From: Antedon mediterranea
Taxonomy: Eukaryota > Animalia > Echinodermata
Direction: 5' to 3'
Assembly (NCBI RefSeq): GCF_964355755.1
Contig: NC_092672.1
Location: 14,012,001-14,076,000 of the forward strand
Length of the DNA stretch: 64,000 bases
Shown here: piece after piece, positions 25,335-38,400 of the stretch
Layout: each line of letters opens with the position of its first letter
Position numbering within the stretch: the first letter of the stretch is position 1
Position numbers and translations under genes: made by a program
Notes under the pieces: generated by a model
Database searches by the model: none
Seen by the model: the letters and a program-made list of their open reading frames with translations, nothing else
Told to the model about the DNA's origin: nothing

Positions 25335-28125
25335 TTATACTGACGTGCTTTTCGTCAATTGTCGAGAATGTGAATGTGACCCAATGTGTGTAGCATACGC
25401 CTCTTTCCACATATCCATTGTTTGATGATTACACGTGAACGCAATAAACATAAAAAATCCTTGTAGTCCGTTGAGAATTATGAAGATGTACCAAAGAACA
25501 GGTTTATCAGTGTATACAGTGAGGAATACTAAACTCCAAGTCACTCCCATTAAAATCGATAACTGAAGTAAGAAATTTAAAAATCCAATGTTAAATGTTG
25601 TAAACATGTTATGTATTACGGTATTTTAGCACCGCTCAATGATAGATTTCTAAAGTGTCACTATAAGTAAGTTGTCTATGTATGTAAACAGTTAGCAGCG
25701 CCTGCCTAGTGGGACCCAGTTAAGGAGTCTAATATCAATGTATGTAGGCCTATACATACCTTTATATATAATTTGAGTTCATCTTTTCGTTTGTTTCTTC
25801 TTTGATTTTCTTGAACCGCAAATTCGGTGACTCTGTGAACTTTCCAAATTTCTACCACTGTTATCAAGTATAAAACACAATTCAAAGCAATACTAAGTGA
25901 TACTGGAACGCCAAAGGCAAGCAGGAGTGATTGTCTATCCGAAAACCAACAAAATGTTTCTCCTCCGTAACTAAAATCAAATTTACTGCTAAAATGAATG
26001 ACAGTGCACGACATTACGATTATTAAGGGAATTCCCCAGCCATAAAGCAGATATAAGCTCAGCAGATGTCGTTTCTTTGAGGTGTTAATATTAGGTATTG
26101 ATGACTGAGTTCCAAACACTCTTGCTAAATCAAATGCTAGAACGTTGGTCCAAGAAAACAGTGCAAGCCAGAAGAAGTGCATTACAATGGCTGTTGCAGT
26201 GCATAGCTGCCGTGGTTGAGTTATGTAGGCAATAGACAGCATTATCAATTGTGCAAAGAACAATGCTATTATAAGGCATAGGCGACAGATACCGGGTAGA
26301 TTAAGCAGAGAACGAAAACAAAGTTGAGTTAAAATGGACATAAACAGCGATATTAATGATATTACACACACCAATGTATTCAAAACAGTCATAGTGCTGT
26401 CATATGAGAAAATACCTTCAGATGTAACATTAATATGAACGTTCCTTAAAATTCGACATGAAACTTTTGAATCGTCTGTTGTCCAAGTAATCCAATCGCC
26501 ATCTTCAACAAGTGAATGTTGATCCTGTAAAATATCTGGTCCAACGACATTACAAGATGTGATACAAACAAATTTGTCGTCAGCCGATGCTCCACCAACA
26601 TTGCTATTTCTTTGTTCTTTTTTATTAATTTCAGAAATATTAGAGTTACTACCAACTAACAGTGTAATGTCAAATGCATTGTTGTTTTTCGCAAAAAGAT
26701 ATTCGGACTCGGTAACGATTGTTCCATTAACACAACTCAGGCACTGTTGAAAGATTTCGTCATAATACTCATTTTTATTACACATTAGCAATTCTACAGC
26801 ATCATCTTTGAGCAAAACATGAACTTCAAATATTTCTTTGTAAATAGGCTTACCAATATCACCAACATTTTCGTAAACATCAACAATATCACCATCGATG
26901 TGAATTTCGCTGTTAAAAATATCCATCGAAATTTCCAATTGATTACACATTTTGCACATGTAATTTTTATACTTTACATTATTATAAATAACAACGTCGA
27001 GAAAAGCAGTACAGCCCAACATGATATCAGCTTGAAAGTGGAAGAGGCAAGTGTCCACGAGAAACAACGAGCATTTTCGCATCTCGATAGCATCTTTACT
27101 GATTCCTTCAACTACGGACTCTGTCGAATAGTTATAACTTTTCATTTCATTTGTTATGTTATAAGATGTAAAATTATTTGTCAACGTATTGTTGGTAATG
27201 TCCATACTATTACAAATGGCACAGAATTCGTTGGCGTATACATAACCTCTGGGGTCATACACCAAGGTTTCCATTGTTACGTTGAGTATTCCTTCTACGC
27301 ATTTACGTCTGATGTTTTCAATAGTCCACGATGTCCGGCATGTTACTACGGTTAAAATTCCTTCAAAAGATGGCTGGAGGCCCTCAGGATAATTGACACA
27401 ACTCCATCGAGGTTTGGTTGGATCTGCTGAAATTGATAGTTGGTCATTGAAAGACGTTGCCATTGTTTTGAATTTGTAACCATCACCACAGTAGTATAAG
27501 TAGTCGCTGCAACAGTCGCCATAGAATAGACACATATCATCACAGGCACACTTACTTACAATGAATGTCTGACAGCGCTCTCTACAAGAGTTCCACAAGA
27601 ACATTTCTTTAGATGCAAAAGTGATTTTTGTTGAAACTGCAAAAAAAGAAGTTATTAGCGGGCATGTATACCTCCCTGTTATTAGACTCTCATCGTTATT
27701 GAGGACGACGATTGGTGCAACGATACATTAAACAAGTTTAGACCATTGCATTTATTTGAGCAATAAACCAACTAAAGCGGTAACAAGTTAGACTATAGCA
27801 AACAAACAAAACCATTATGCTAATATTCGTTCCAAATTTCCTGATTCTGCTTTAACGATTGAAATCAGTTTACCATAATTGTTATATTCGATGCATTTAA
27901 TTGCATAGTATATTTTGATTTTAAATCATAAAACTGCATTGAAAACATTATCAACATTATGAACAAGTTAATAATCCTACTTTCTTTTCAAATGAGAACC
28001 ATTGCTGTTTTAAAGGCTGCTTTAACAGTTGAAATTGAAAAAAAAATCATTAATTTACCATTTTGTGAACCTCCAACGTCCAAGATAAATAGACAGCATA
28101 TAAAGACGCTCCACTTCATATTCAT
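25335..28125 (-). CDS. Somatomedin-B-domain class B (secretin/adhesion/Methuselah-like) 7TM receptor, ~723 aa; exons 28125-28059, 27636-25760, 25562-25335
   Basis: Signal peptide exon MNMKWSVFICCLFILDVGGSQN (alternative in-frame ATG at 28137). SMB motif SCRERC...CACDDMCLFYGDCCSDY. 7TM motifs HFFWLALFSWTNVLAFD, LYGWGIP, CWFS, KLSILMGVTW and NGLQGFFMFIAF. GT-AG introns keep the frame. Confidence 0.88.
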
Positions 28126-28793
28126 GCTTTTTCTCATTTCATTCAGACAACTTCATCTCACCGACTCGTACTATCAACTATATCAAACAAATGCATATTT
28201 GTATTTTAATCTATGTATTAAGTACCTACATTTAAATGGCACAGATTAATTTAAGACAATATACATGACAGGGGATCTTTTTTATTCTCTCATAATCAAA
28301 CTACTCATGAATTATTTATGATTATTCACCATAAAATCCAATGTCAACAATTATTGGCTTAGTGATATAAGTAGAGATAGTTTAACAAATATTAAGAAAC
28401 CAAACCAACTGGCTGCATCCGGTATTAAATTCATCTGAGTGACGAAATGATACTTTGCAGTTAAGTGATGATTGACCGCATTGATGTTTGTCAGGATGGT
28501 TGATCTAATTTACGATTGGGAATGGGTAAGGCGTTCTTCTGACCTAGGCTTAGTTGTATTGGATGTGCAAACAGTTTCTCACATTCATATTTCAATAAAC
28601 ATAATAAATATCCCTATGCTTAATTTACCTTTCCACAAGGCCGTAGCTTATCTTTTTTAAATGTCAATTATTGTTAAATAACAATTCGACAATTCGAGTG
28701 GATTACACAACGGTTTGCTTCTAACAATAGAACACTGTACCAAGACAGATTCGTTGCGACAAATTGATGCTGTTGTTACAGCCCTTACAGACG

Positions 28794-29845
28794 CAGGCCC
28801 GTAGCCAGGGGGGGTTTTTATGGTTCGGGCGAACCCCCCCTTTACAGCGAACCCCCCTTAACCAACTGCGAACCCCCCATCCCCGACATGCCCAATACCT
28901 CACGCTCATCTCCAAAAATCCTCCAAATACGTGCCCCACAGTACAAAAAGTTGTTTGTAAATTGAAAAATTCGTAAACTTGTTCGTGAACCTTCTTCTCT
29001 GTATGAGCGTCAACTGGTGATACGTGTCTGTAAATTTCTAAAAGCTGCAAATGAATTGCCGATTTTAACCTGAAAAATAAATGTTTGGTCCCTGCATGTA
29101 ACATGATATTGACGCGTCTCATAGCGAGCTGGCGCACGAACGATTCGTACAAAGGACACCGCCAGACAACTGCGTACCTATAATTGTTTAGATCACTGGC
29201 AGTCAGGCAGCATGCATAAAGTATATAGCCTTCCGACGTACATCAATGTGTGACTATGAAGTATAATGTATCATAGAGGATTATAGTGAATATTAATATT
29301 TTACACTATAATATCTATGGTATCAAGTACTGTAGTTCACATTATGGCATCCGATTATTTTTTTCTAGACCACCAGCCGATACGTACTAAAATGTATCAA
29401 TATCACCTATTTACATATTTATATTCCTCAACAAATTGCTGTAAATAAATATTATAGATAGAGCTAGCAAATAGCATTTGCCTTCACCCAGTGTGCTTTT
29501 TTCGGGGCTGCTCCTAGATATACGTTCGCATTGAACTTGAACGCAAAACAAAATACGGAGTAAATGATCAAACAATCGGCGGTTCAGCACAGAGCATGCG
29601 CATCTAACATACGGCAACAAATAGTTATGGTCATTTAAATTATCGACGTGTTTGAGGAGGAGGAAAAAAGTACGATCTTTTTGCTCATTGGTTATATAGC
29701 ATGCTGCACGAGAGTGTCTTTTCCGGCCATCTAGGGGTGTCATTTAACAAAATTCGCTTCGCATCAGGCTGGGGGAGGGGGGGGGGGGTTGACCCAAATA
29801 TTTAGTGTCCGAACCCCCCCTTGACAGATCCTGGCTACGGCCCTG
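28794..29845. mobile_element. Non-autonomous TIR element (hAT-like termini), 6-bp TSD
   Basis: TIRs CAGGCCCGTAGCCAGG / CCTGGCTACGGCCCTG, subterminal CGAACCCCC repeats, CAGACG on both flanks. Confidence 0.8.
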
Positions 29846-31532
29846 CAGACGTGTGATCGTTTCAGTATTTTGTACGTACTTTACACATTGAGGTCCGTTT
29901 CATTAGTACTTGTCCACGTTTTCAACGAAGTGGATGTCAACGTGCCCATGAACGTATGATATAATGACCATTAACCTAGTGCGTAATTCCACTGGCGGCT
30001 GCCTAAATCTTATTATTTTTTTGTTTAATGAAATTGAAATGACGAAAATGCATCGATGACGTCACATCACTGCCATATTTGGGCACCTCACACTTTTAAA
30101 CAAATGTGATAGTGTAAATAGAGCTTTAGGCAATCTAACCCCCTACTAAGTCTATGCTTCATTTTATTACGAAAAATTATGTCTTCGAATTAATTTTGTT
30201 TAAAACAAAATGTACTTTTGTTTTAATTAAAGACACTACGTTTTGTATTAGAATACTATTTGAATATACATGATATAAATATGATAATTACCCCACCATT
30301 TTTCCGGTTTAGGTGCTCCTGATAAATAACCTTTAGAGTGATATTTGATAAGGTCATGAGATCTCCTCCATATTTCAACATTTCATTTGGTTGGCGCATT
30401 TGGCGCACCATATTAGGGTGACAGCAGTCAGGCAGTAGTGCACACGCGTACGTACTTATTTGTCCTTTTTTTGTACATGGTGGATCCGCTGGTCGTCCGT
30501 CCGTCGTGTGGTGCAGTGTTGGAGATTATAGATCTAAGAAAGTTGGGTTTTTTTGTAATTTGTTGAATGTATAAGGTAAATTAATTAACTAGGACTAAGC
30601 TACCCACCCTCGTAAGTAGGCTAGGGGTTATGTAATTTGCATTAGGGCTAGGCCTAGCCTACTTACTTAGGCTAGCTAGGATCGGAGGGGAACAGACGAT
30701 CGGGCCCACAGTCTTGATCGTCTTATGCGTTGGGCCCGATCGTCTTACCAGTTGGTCTCGATCGTCCAGTATTTTCAGAACCACGTTGGGACCGATCGTC
30801 TTACCAGTTGGTTCCGATCGTCTTAGGGTTGGGCCCGATAGTATTTTGTGTTATAATTTATTTAAAATAATGTGCCACATTTCATTCCTACCTACTAGCC
30901 TAGCCTAGTGCTTTATAATAGTCTTAGTTCCAACATTCTTTTCTTGCGTAAATTAAGATTTTAATTAAATAAATTTAATTAGGCCCTAATTTTTCTGATT
31001 TTATCATAATTTTTCCCTTATTAACACTGGTTTTAGGAATTTCTTACCAAATACTCGCGATTTATGATTAAATGTGATTGATTTTTATTTTTATTATTGT
31101 GGTGTATGTATTTCCTATTTAATTTTTGCTCTATACAGCAGTCAGTGTGATATAAGTTATAACTTGACTTCTCTCTCGCGACAAAATTAATAGTACATGC
31201 GTGAAACCCAAGCCTAGCCTTTTACTACAGATGCTAGTCAAGTCGCCCCATCGCAAAGTCGCCCCATAATAAATGAAATGAAAAATACAATGTCACCCCA
31301 TTGCAAAGTCGCCCTAACACAGTCGCCCATTATATATTCCATGGTTTTGCTTGGTTTTATTAAATCATGAATGATTGGCATTCAGTACTTATCATCAGTA
31401 CTATATCGCACCTGATTTCAACTAATCTTATCAATTTTATTTCTTTGTATCGCAACATTGCAGCACAATAACTGCCACACTAAAAACGTATACTGTACTG
31501 TAACCTAATTATATTGATTGCTTTTTAACAGG

Positions 31533-33014
31533 ATGTTGAAGTGGGGACATGTAGCACACTACATTGCAGGTTTGTACTACAATTTAGCCATGCTAACCCA
31601 GTGCTTTTGTTAATAAATATCCCACTGCAGCTAGCTGTTAATACAACCCTAAAAGACAATTACTTACTCTTCCCCATTAAGCAACTAAAGAAAACTACTC
31701 TCCACAACATTTTGTTTTAGTCAGTGAGTATTCTCCACTTAAATACCAAGCCCTATCAATTATAATCAAGACACACCAGTATAAAGTGTATATTATACAA
31801 AATAAGATATATTTGGAATGTTAATTGCATTTTGATCAATAAATAAAATTATACTTCTTACAGCGACTTTGTTTTGAGAATGTTTTAATAATTGCGTCAA
31901 CATTGTATTTGCCGTCATATGTCAACACAAGGACAGTTGTTGACGCAATACATGCATTATTGACACATTGTACATTCTTGAGCGTGATCGATTATTTAGC
32001 ATTTTTTATGGAAAAATCGCCTTGACAGGGCTTAGTATTTAGGGTACCTTATTTTTTAAACCATAATATCCATTAAAAAATTATTTAAATAACCTGCAAT
32101 AGGACTACATACAAAATTAAGATTTAAAATGAAATTTGGCTGGGAGTAGCCTAGTGTCATAGAATCATTACAGTCTATGGTTTTTTTACATCATTAATTC
32201 CTTTTATCTTTTCTTCTATTCAGGTGCAAGGCTGGTTAGCACCAACTCTAAAATAATACGCTCCTTTTCAAACTTCCAAACTTCTCAGATTGTAAAGCAG
32301 GTTGCATGTTTCAGTGAAATTCAATCTTGTCCAGTCGCACATAAATATCAACAGAAAAATGTATCACTTAAAAATTATGAAGGGGACTTGTTTAAAGTTG
32401 ACCGGTTGCTATCCAGATTGAGCTTATCACCTACAGAACTTGATGCTAGTTTAGCTTTTATAGTACCAAGTAAAAATCCAATACCAACTACCATCGTTGA
32501 GCCTATACCTACACCGCTACTTGAGTTTCCAAGAGAAGGAAGTCTTAGGCACTTATATGATCCATTAGCAGAAATAAGAGACAACATCTTTGTACCAAGT
32601 TATGATAGATGTGAAAAGAAAGCTAAAAATCGAATAACTAATGAAATACATAGACGTCGACGAAAGATGAATCACCACCAGTATAAGAAATGGCGCAAAA
32701 AGATGAAATTCAAACTGCGAATGATTAAACAAAAAAGGCAAAAGAGGAAGCAAAAGAAATGGGAACGATATTTAGAGGAAATAAAATTTAAAGGGCTTAC
32801 CAAAGAGGAAGGAGAGGCTTATCTGAAGGATAAAGAAGAACGGTTAAAAATATATTTACGATATTTGGGATTTGAAGGAGATGCAGTTAAGACGAATCGA
32901 AAGTTTAAGCCACGGGGTATTCAATATGTAAGAAGACCTAAAAAGATAACAAGAATATTGGAAGAAGGAACAACTGGAAATATTGTACCAACACCATTGT
33001 ATAACAAAAGTTAA
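31533..33014 (+). CDS. AURKAIP1: Mitochondrial small-subunit ribosomal protein mS38 (AURKAIP1/COX24 family), ~275 aa; coding exons 31533-31569, 32224-33014; probable non-coding exon ending ~30575
   Basis: RRRRKMNHHQYKKWRKKMKF matches the mS38 C-terminal signature (RRRKMNHHKY). The N-terminus MLKWGHVAHYIAGARLVSTNSKIIRSFS is presequence-like. Phase-1 intron; AATAAA at 33061. Confidence 0.85.
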
Positions 33015-33123
33015 ATTTTCTTAATTTTAATAATCTTGTAATTCGAAGAAACAGTTCAGAAATAAAGATGTTGCAAGTGTAGGCCTATTTCATTTTTTTT
33101 TTTGGTAGATATTTTTCCCTTCA

Positions 33124-33453
33124 AGATATATTGTTCCCCAAAACATGAAAAATGAAGATTATTGAAATCAGACGTTGAATAGGCCATTTTGTAGTTTTAC
33201 TTTAATAGATAAAAAAAAGTTTGTCATTTTTAAAATAAAGAGACAAAATAAACGGTTAAATTCAACCAAAACCCATTGACTTCCAGTCAGTCAATTTGAC
33301 TATTTTTTGCTCTCAATTACAATTTTTTTCAGGTAAATCCTTTTTTTATTTCTCCAATTTTAGGTGATAGTGTATAGCTATTATGTGACATTAAAATGGC
33401 ATATTCAACAACAAACAATTTTTAATTGTTTTTTTCAGGGGGACAATATATCT
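33124..33453. mobile_element. MITE, Kolobok-like (TTAA target); related fragment inverted at ~54320-54405
   Basis: TIRs AGATATATTGTTCCCC / GGGGGACAATATATCT, flanks TTCA / TTAA. Confidence 0.65.
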
Positions 33454-33780
33454 TTAAATGTACAGTATGGCTAAAAACAGATTCAATTTTCTAATTTGCT
33501 TCCCCTCGAAAACTGCAGTAAAGCTTTAGATTAATTTTCTTTTCTACCAAGATTCATAGCCCCCCAGTTTGTAGTCAATCTGCCCGTCAACAATGGTTGC
33601 TTGTAATTTGTTTGTATCGGTATTTTCTTCACGCAAATAATCATCTGTTAAATCAGTGCTGTTTACTGTCGCACATAATTGTTCACTTAACAAAATTGAC
33701 GCACGTATATAAATATTTTCTGTCGTATATAATAACTTATACATTTTATAACTTCTGAGTAATTCTATTCGTTTTACTTA

Positions 33781-33934
33781 AGCTTGGTTCCCACTAGGAC
33801 GGAACGTAATCTCAACCCAAGTAATTTGACCAATCACACGCGATGGATTATCCGAAGTGTCCCTTGTCATTAGCCAATTCGCTTGCGTTGCGCTTATATT
33901 ACTTCCTTGTGCTGCGTCCTGTGGAAACCAAGCT
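33781..33934. mobile_element. MITE, PIF/Harbinger-like
   Basis: TIRs AGCTTGGTTCCCAC / GTGGAAACCAAGCT with TTA/TAA flanks. Confidence 0.7.
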
Positions 33935-35452
33935 TAATGGTACATTACAAACATTTTTTTTTTATTTACGAATCGAGAATTGAACCGAGGTCTTTGTAGT
34001 CAAGTGTCCAACCGCAAAACTCCGTCCCGGAGATGATTGACCTGGAATAGTTCTACTAGAAAGTTACTACAGTAAAGCATCACTTATAGTTGAAATACTT
34101 AATGTATTGTGCTGCGCGCAATATTTCTAAATTATAACGTCGATATTCTGTTTAAATGGATGGAGTGGATAAACACACTAGAACTAGTCTACCTCTATAC
34201 GACAAAATGATAAAAGAGACTAAAATGCAAATATATTATAGTAAATTAATATTTAATGAATATGGAATGGAAAATACAACACGAGATTCTGTATATTAAG
34301 TGAGTCGTATAAAATACCAATAAACCACCATTGGTACGGTAAGAGTAATATTCTAAGCAATTCTTTATTCTTACCGCGGATGGATGATTACTAAGTCGAA
34401 TAATAAGGAAACTATTACAAACATTTTAACGGTGAATAAATTTGTCTCATGGATTGAGATCATGGATTGAGAATGCTGCATTCCTGCAGGCTGATTCTAC
34501 TACATCTGGCCTTTGCCTCTACTGTGGTTGGAGGCACAATTTGAACAAAATGATAAAAATATGTGGTTTGTATGTATCCATGCAAAGTAGGAATACCAAA
34601 ACAAGATTACATTTATTAACACATTATTTAGGATAAATGTATAAAATAAACAAAATTCGCATGGCATTCACAGCGCTTTGACGTTGGTTAGAAATTTAAG
34701 TCGGTAATAATTGCAGATAAGCCTACACATTGTTACTATAAATATAATAATTATAAAACCTTAACAACCGAAATATAGAACATGCTTTTTCTATTTTAAA
34801 ACTACGTTACACTAAATGACTATCTACGCAACATCACATTATACTGTACATATACAAACAATTTGTACTAATAGAAAAATGTTGTTAAAAAACTATGTAA
34901 ACTAATTCAATGTGTATATTACAAGTATCCGACGACAAGTTCAATGTCTATGAATGTTTTAGCATCAAGTTGACGCGCCCGTACCAACAAGTTGGCGGAC
35001 GGGCCAAAATGCCTACCATCAATACAACGTTTGTTTGTATCTATATCTGATAACGAATCAACAAATTTGTAATTTTATTTGTTGCTACTGGATTTTAAAA
35101 TTACGTCAATTGTATTAATATTACGTTATGCTTATTACGGTTTAGGAAATCAGCTAAAGCAAAAACAAAATGGCGGCCTGTATTTAAAATATCTTACCCT
35201 ATCAAAACAAAATGTTAACCAGGAATACATTTCTGTAAATTTCCATAAATAAACCGATCGTGGACTAGTATCTGAATTGAAAATTGTTTTATTTGTGACG
35301 TAATTGAGGGCAGTAAAATGATGGGTATGTCGGAAAATATACAACAACACAGCATGGTTTGATACCACCCTAAACAAAATTAGCATAAAACACAAAACAC
35401 AATGATAAAGAATACATGGCCTTAGATAACAAGGGGTGTATTTACATCCTGA

Positions 35453-38400
35453 TTACGGGGCAATTGTATTTTGCTTAGGAATGTCTGTTGTCGTTTCAGC
35501 AACTACAGCAGTGTTTTCAGCAGGCATACATTTTCCTGCTCGCTTGGTGTGGTGTTTCTTGTTCTTCTTCATGCAATGTTGTCCTGTAATGTTAAGTATT
35601 CAAACAATTGAAGTGAATAAAATGATCAAGTACATAATTTAGTTATTAATACAAAAGAAGCCTATCATCATAAAATCATAATTCGAGCGTTGCATTTATA
35701 ATACACGTTTCTCATGTCTTTTTTACAGATGTCTATGGGCTGCAATGATTCCATACATAGTAATTTAAGCGTGAAAGAATTCCATAGAGACAGACGGTAT
35801 TAAATTCAGTTTATGAGTGTAGTCATGAATCTGTATTTATGTATGTATGAATCTGCCTAAATCATAACACAGATACGATGGTATTTTTATTTTATTTTTA
35901 TTTTATTTTATTCAATCAAAACCAACAGCGATAAATACCGCCACTAACAGGTTTGAAACATAAAACAATACAACATCAAAAACGGTTAACAATAAAATAC
36001 AGTATTAATCGTATTAAGTAATAGCTGTAAAAAGAACATAACTCTAGAGAGGAAGATAAATGTTTTATGGAGGCCGTTGAAGTTTAGGATGAGAAAACCC
36101 CAGATTTCCAAATGAAAAAAATACGTAGAGTTTGAGAAGTTAAAGAAAATGGAAATACGATATTCTAGGTATAATTACAAAATTCTGAAACTGGAACTTA
36201 AAACCTCATAATACACACGAGGAAGAAATAAGATGGTTGGTTATAAAATACTTTATGGTGAGGTATGTGTCTTGCGGTATAGAATACAGCCGTCAAATAT
36301 CAGAAAAATAATAATAATGAGCCCAATACAGCACTGTCTTGACTGGTTTTTTTTAAATCCAAAATGAGTTTTTTTTTTCTAAACCGGTGAATGTGTTTAC
36401 GTATGGCCATACAAGTTTGTTTTACGGTTTTTCTACAAAAGAAAGATCAAGATATTATATTCAATCTACCTGAATCACATTGACAATCGTAGTGGCATTT
36501 GTTGCCGTGAGATAACTTCAAATCATCGCAGGAAGCAGTACCATTTTTCATAACACAGCACAAACCTAAATAAAAAGTAGAAACGGTGCGTTCATTTTCA
36601 TCAAGAATTAATTACTATAAGTATATATATATTTTTAATGATTTGTGTAGGCCCGCCAAAAGGATGGTTATAATGGTAATAATAATCCCAAATCGGTAAT
36701 TACAAGCTTGTATGTTCGTGCATGGATCTATCTGAATCCATCGAACTGCAGAATAGTACACAAACTAATACCATAGTTCCGAGGACATACACAATAATGT
36801 TATGTTAAAGTAGGCCTATGGCTTTTATTTTTTATGTATAAATATTTATCAATTTTTAAATCTAGTTTATGCCAGCAACACGTTAAACTTGTTTGTGTTC
36901 TAACCTAGTACCTAATTTTTATGAAAATAAGATTACATGTGATAGTTCTCATCGTATATTTTTAGTATATATTTTAGTATAAGTTTAGCTCTTATCGCCT
37001 AGTTAGTAAAATCATGGCTTGCTGAATGTTGAATATTTGCTAAATTAGGCCTAGGCCTATATATTCAAAAACGGCATTTTATCAGTCAGTGCTTTTGCAG
37101 GTTACGCATTTCTTTCTTTCAGCTTGTTTGTACATTACCTGTATCACAAGTCTGTTCAGCACATAATTCTAAGTTATGTATTTCATTTTTCCTATTTTGT
37201 CTTTCTTCCTTTCTATTCTGTCTGTTTCCTTTTGACCGGTTTCGTTTCTGTCCACCTTTGCGATCGCTGCCCTCAGTATCCTCGTGCTGTCGACGCTTTT
37301 TTCCATCCTATACAAAGGGTAATTTTGTAAAACTCTAACAATTTCATTTTGAAATAAAATGGATGATGAAACGTTTATCTTCAGTTCATTTCTCAGTAAA
37401 TGAAGATTAGATAGTCGCATATATTTTCAAATAGGCCTATCATATAGGCAAAGGAAGATTTCAGTATCAGTATCAGTATCATTCATTTATTATTATTTGT
37501 TATTTGGCTATAATATGCATACCCTGTTCTTTTTATGACCGTGTTCTTTTGTTGGTGGCTCGTTTTCGTCATTTGGTGTTGTTTCTGCTACCGTATCGTT
37601 TGATGCTGCTTCAACTGTAAAAAAATAACGTTATCAACAAAAGTAGTAATAACAACAAATTATCATTTTTTACGGTAATTTTTTTTTTGACAAACCATTT
37701 GAAAAAAAGCTTTAACCCCATACGTATCCCATTGTGTGAATAGGTAGTATATTCATTTGGAGTATCTTGGGTGCGCATCGAATGCCGGTTGTTTAAGGTT
37801 TTTCCAATTAGATTCAGTTCGCATTTATATAGTCATAACATGACCAATAATAGCTGTGGATCCTGTACTGAGAACATTTTAAGAAATACCCTTAGCCTAT
37901 TATTAAAGGCACAAACAACAATTTCAAAAAAATGTCATCAACTAATACATACATGTCGATCATCAACGTAAAGCGATTCAGTTTTCTTTATCAGATTCAT
38001 AATTTAAAAAAAAATTCCTCTCGAAATAATGGAGGAAGCCATTGTATTTGAACAGCTTATTTCGTTAATCACCGCTTTCTGTTAGTCATAAGTAAAAAAC
38101 CATGCATACGATTATTGTTTAAGTGTTTAAGTGAACAGATACTGCAGTACTGGTTGTTAATGGTATATAATTTACGTCTGATTATGATATTAGCTTTAGG
38201 TTGTTTACGAGTCAGATATATTACGTGATAGGAACCATTCAAGCATGTTCATCTCATATACTAGGCGCACTAGGTTAGGTAATATTTATCATCAAAATAT
38301 TAGCAGGATATTTTGTAAGGAAGTGAACTAGGAATCACGGCGAATAATACCATAGTGTGTTTTAAAATAATAGGCATGCCAATAATTATAATTAATCTGA

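Noticed and set aside
26446-27549. Overlapping or antisense ORFs within the GPCR exon
   Set aside because: Shadow frames of a real coding exon with no recognisable motifs.
28721-29743. 143-, 70- and 110-aa ORFs
   Set aside because: They lie within or across a non-autonomous TIR element and show no transposase motifs.
30057-30064. TGACGTCA CRE-like site upstream of mS38 (also ~55766, ~55830)
   Set aside because: An 8-mer match alone is not enough support without conservation or functional data.
37169-37420. 83-aa minus-strand ORF
   Set aside because: Wrong frame; the splice-consistent frame of this exon belongs to the draxin-like gene.
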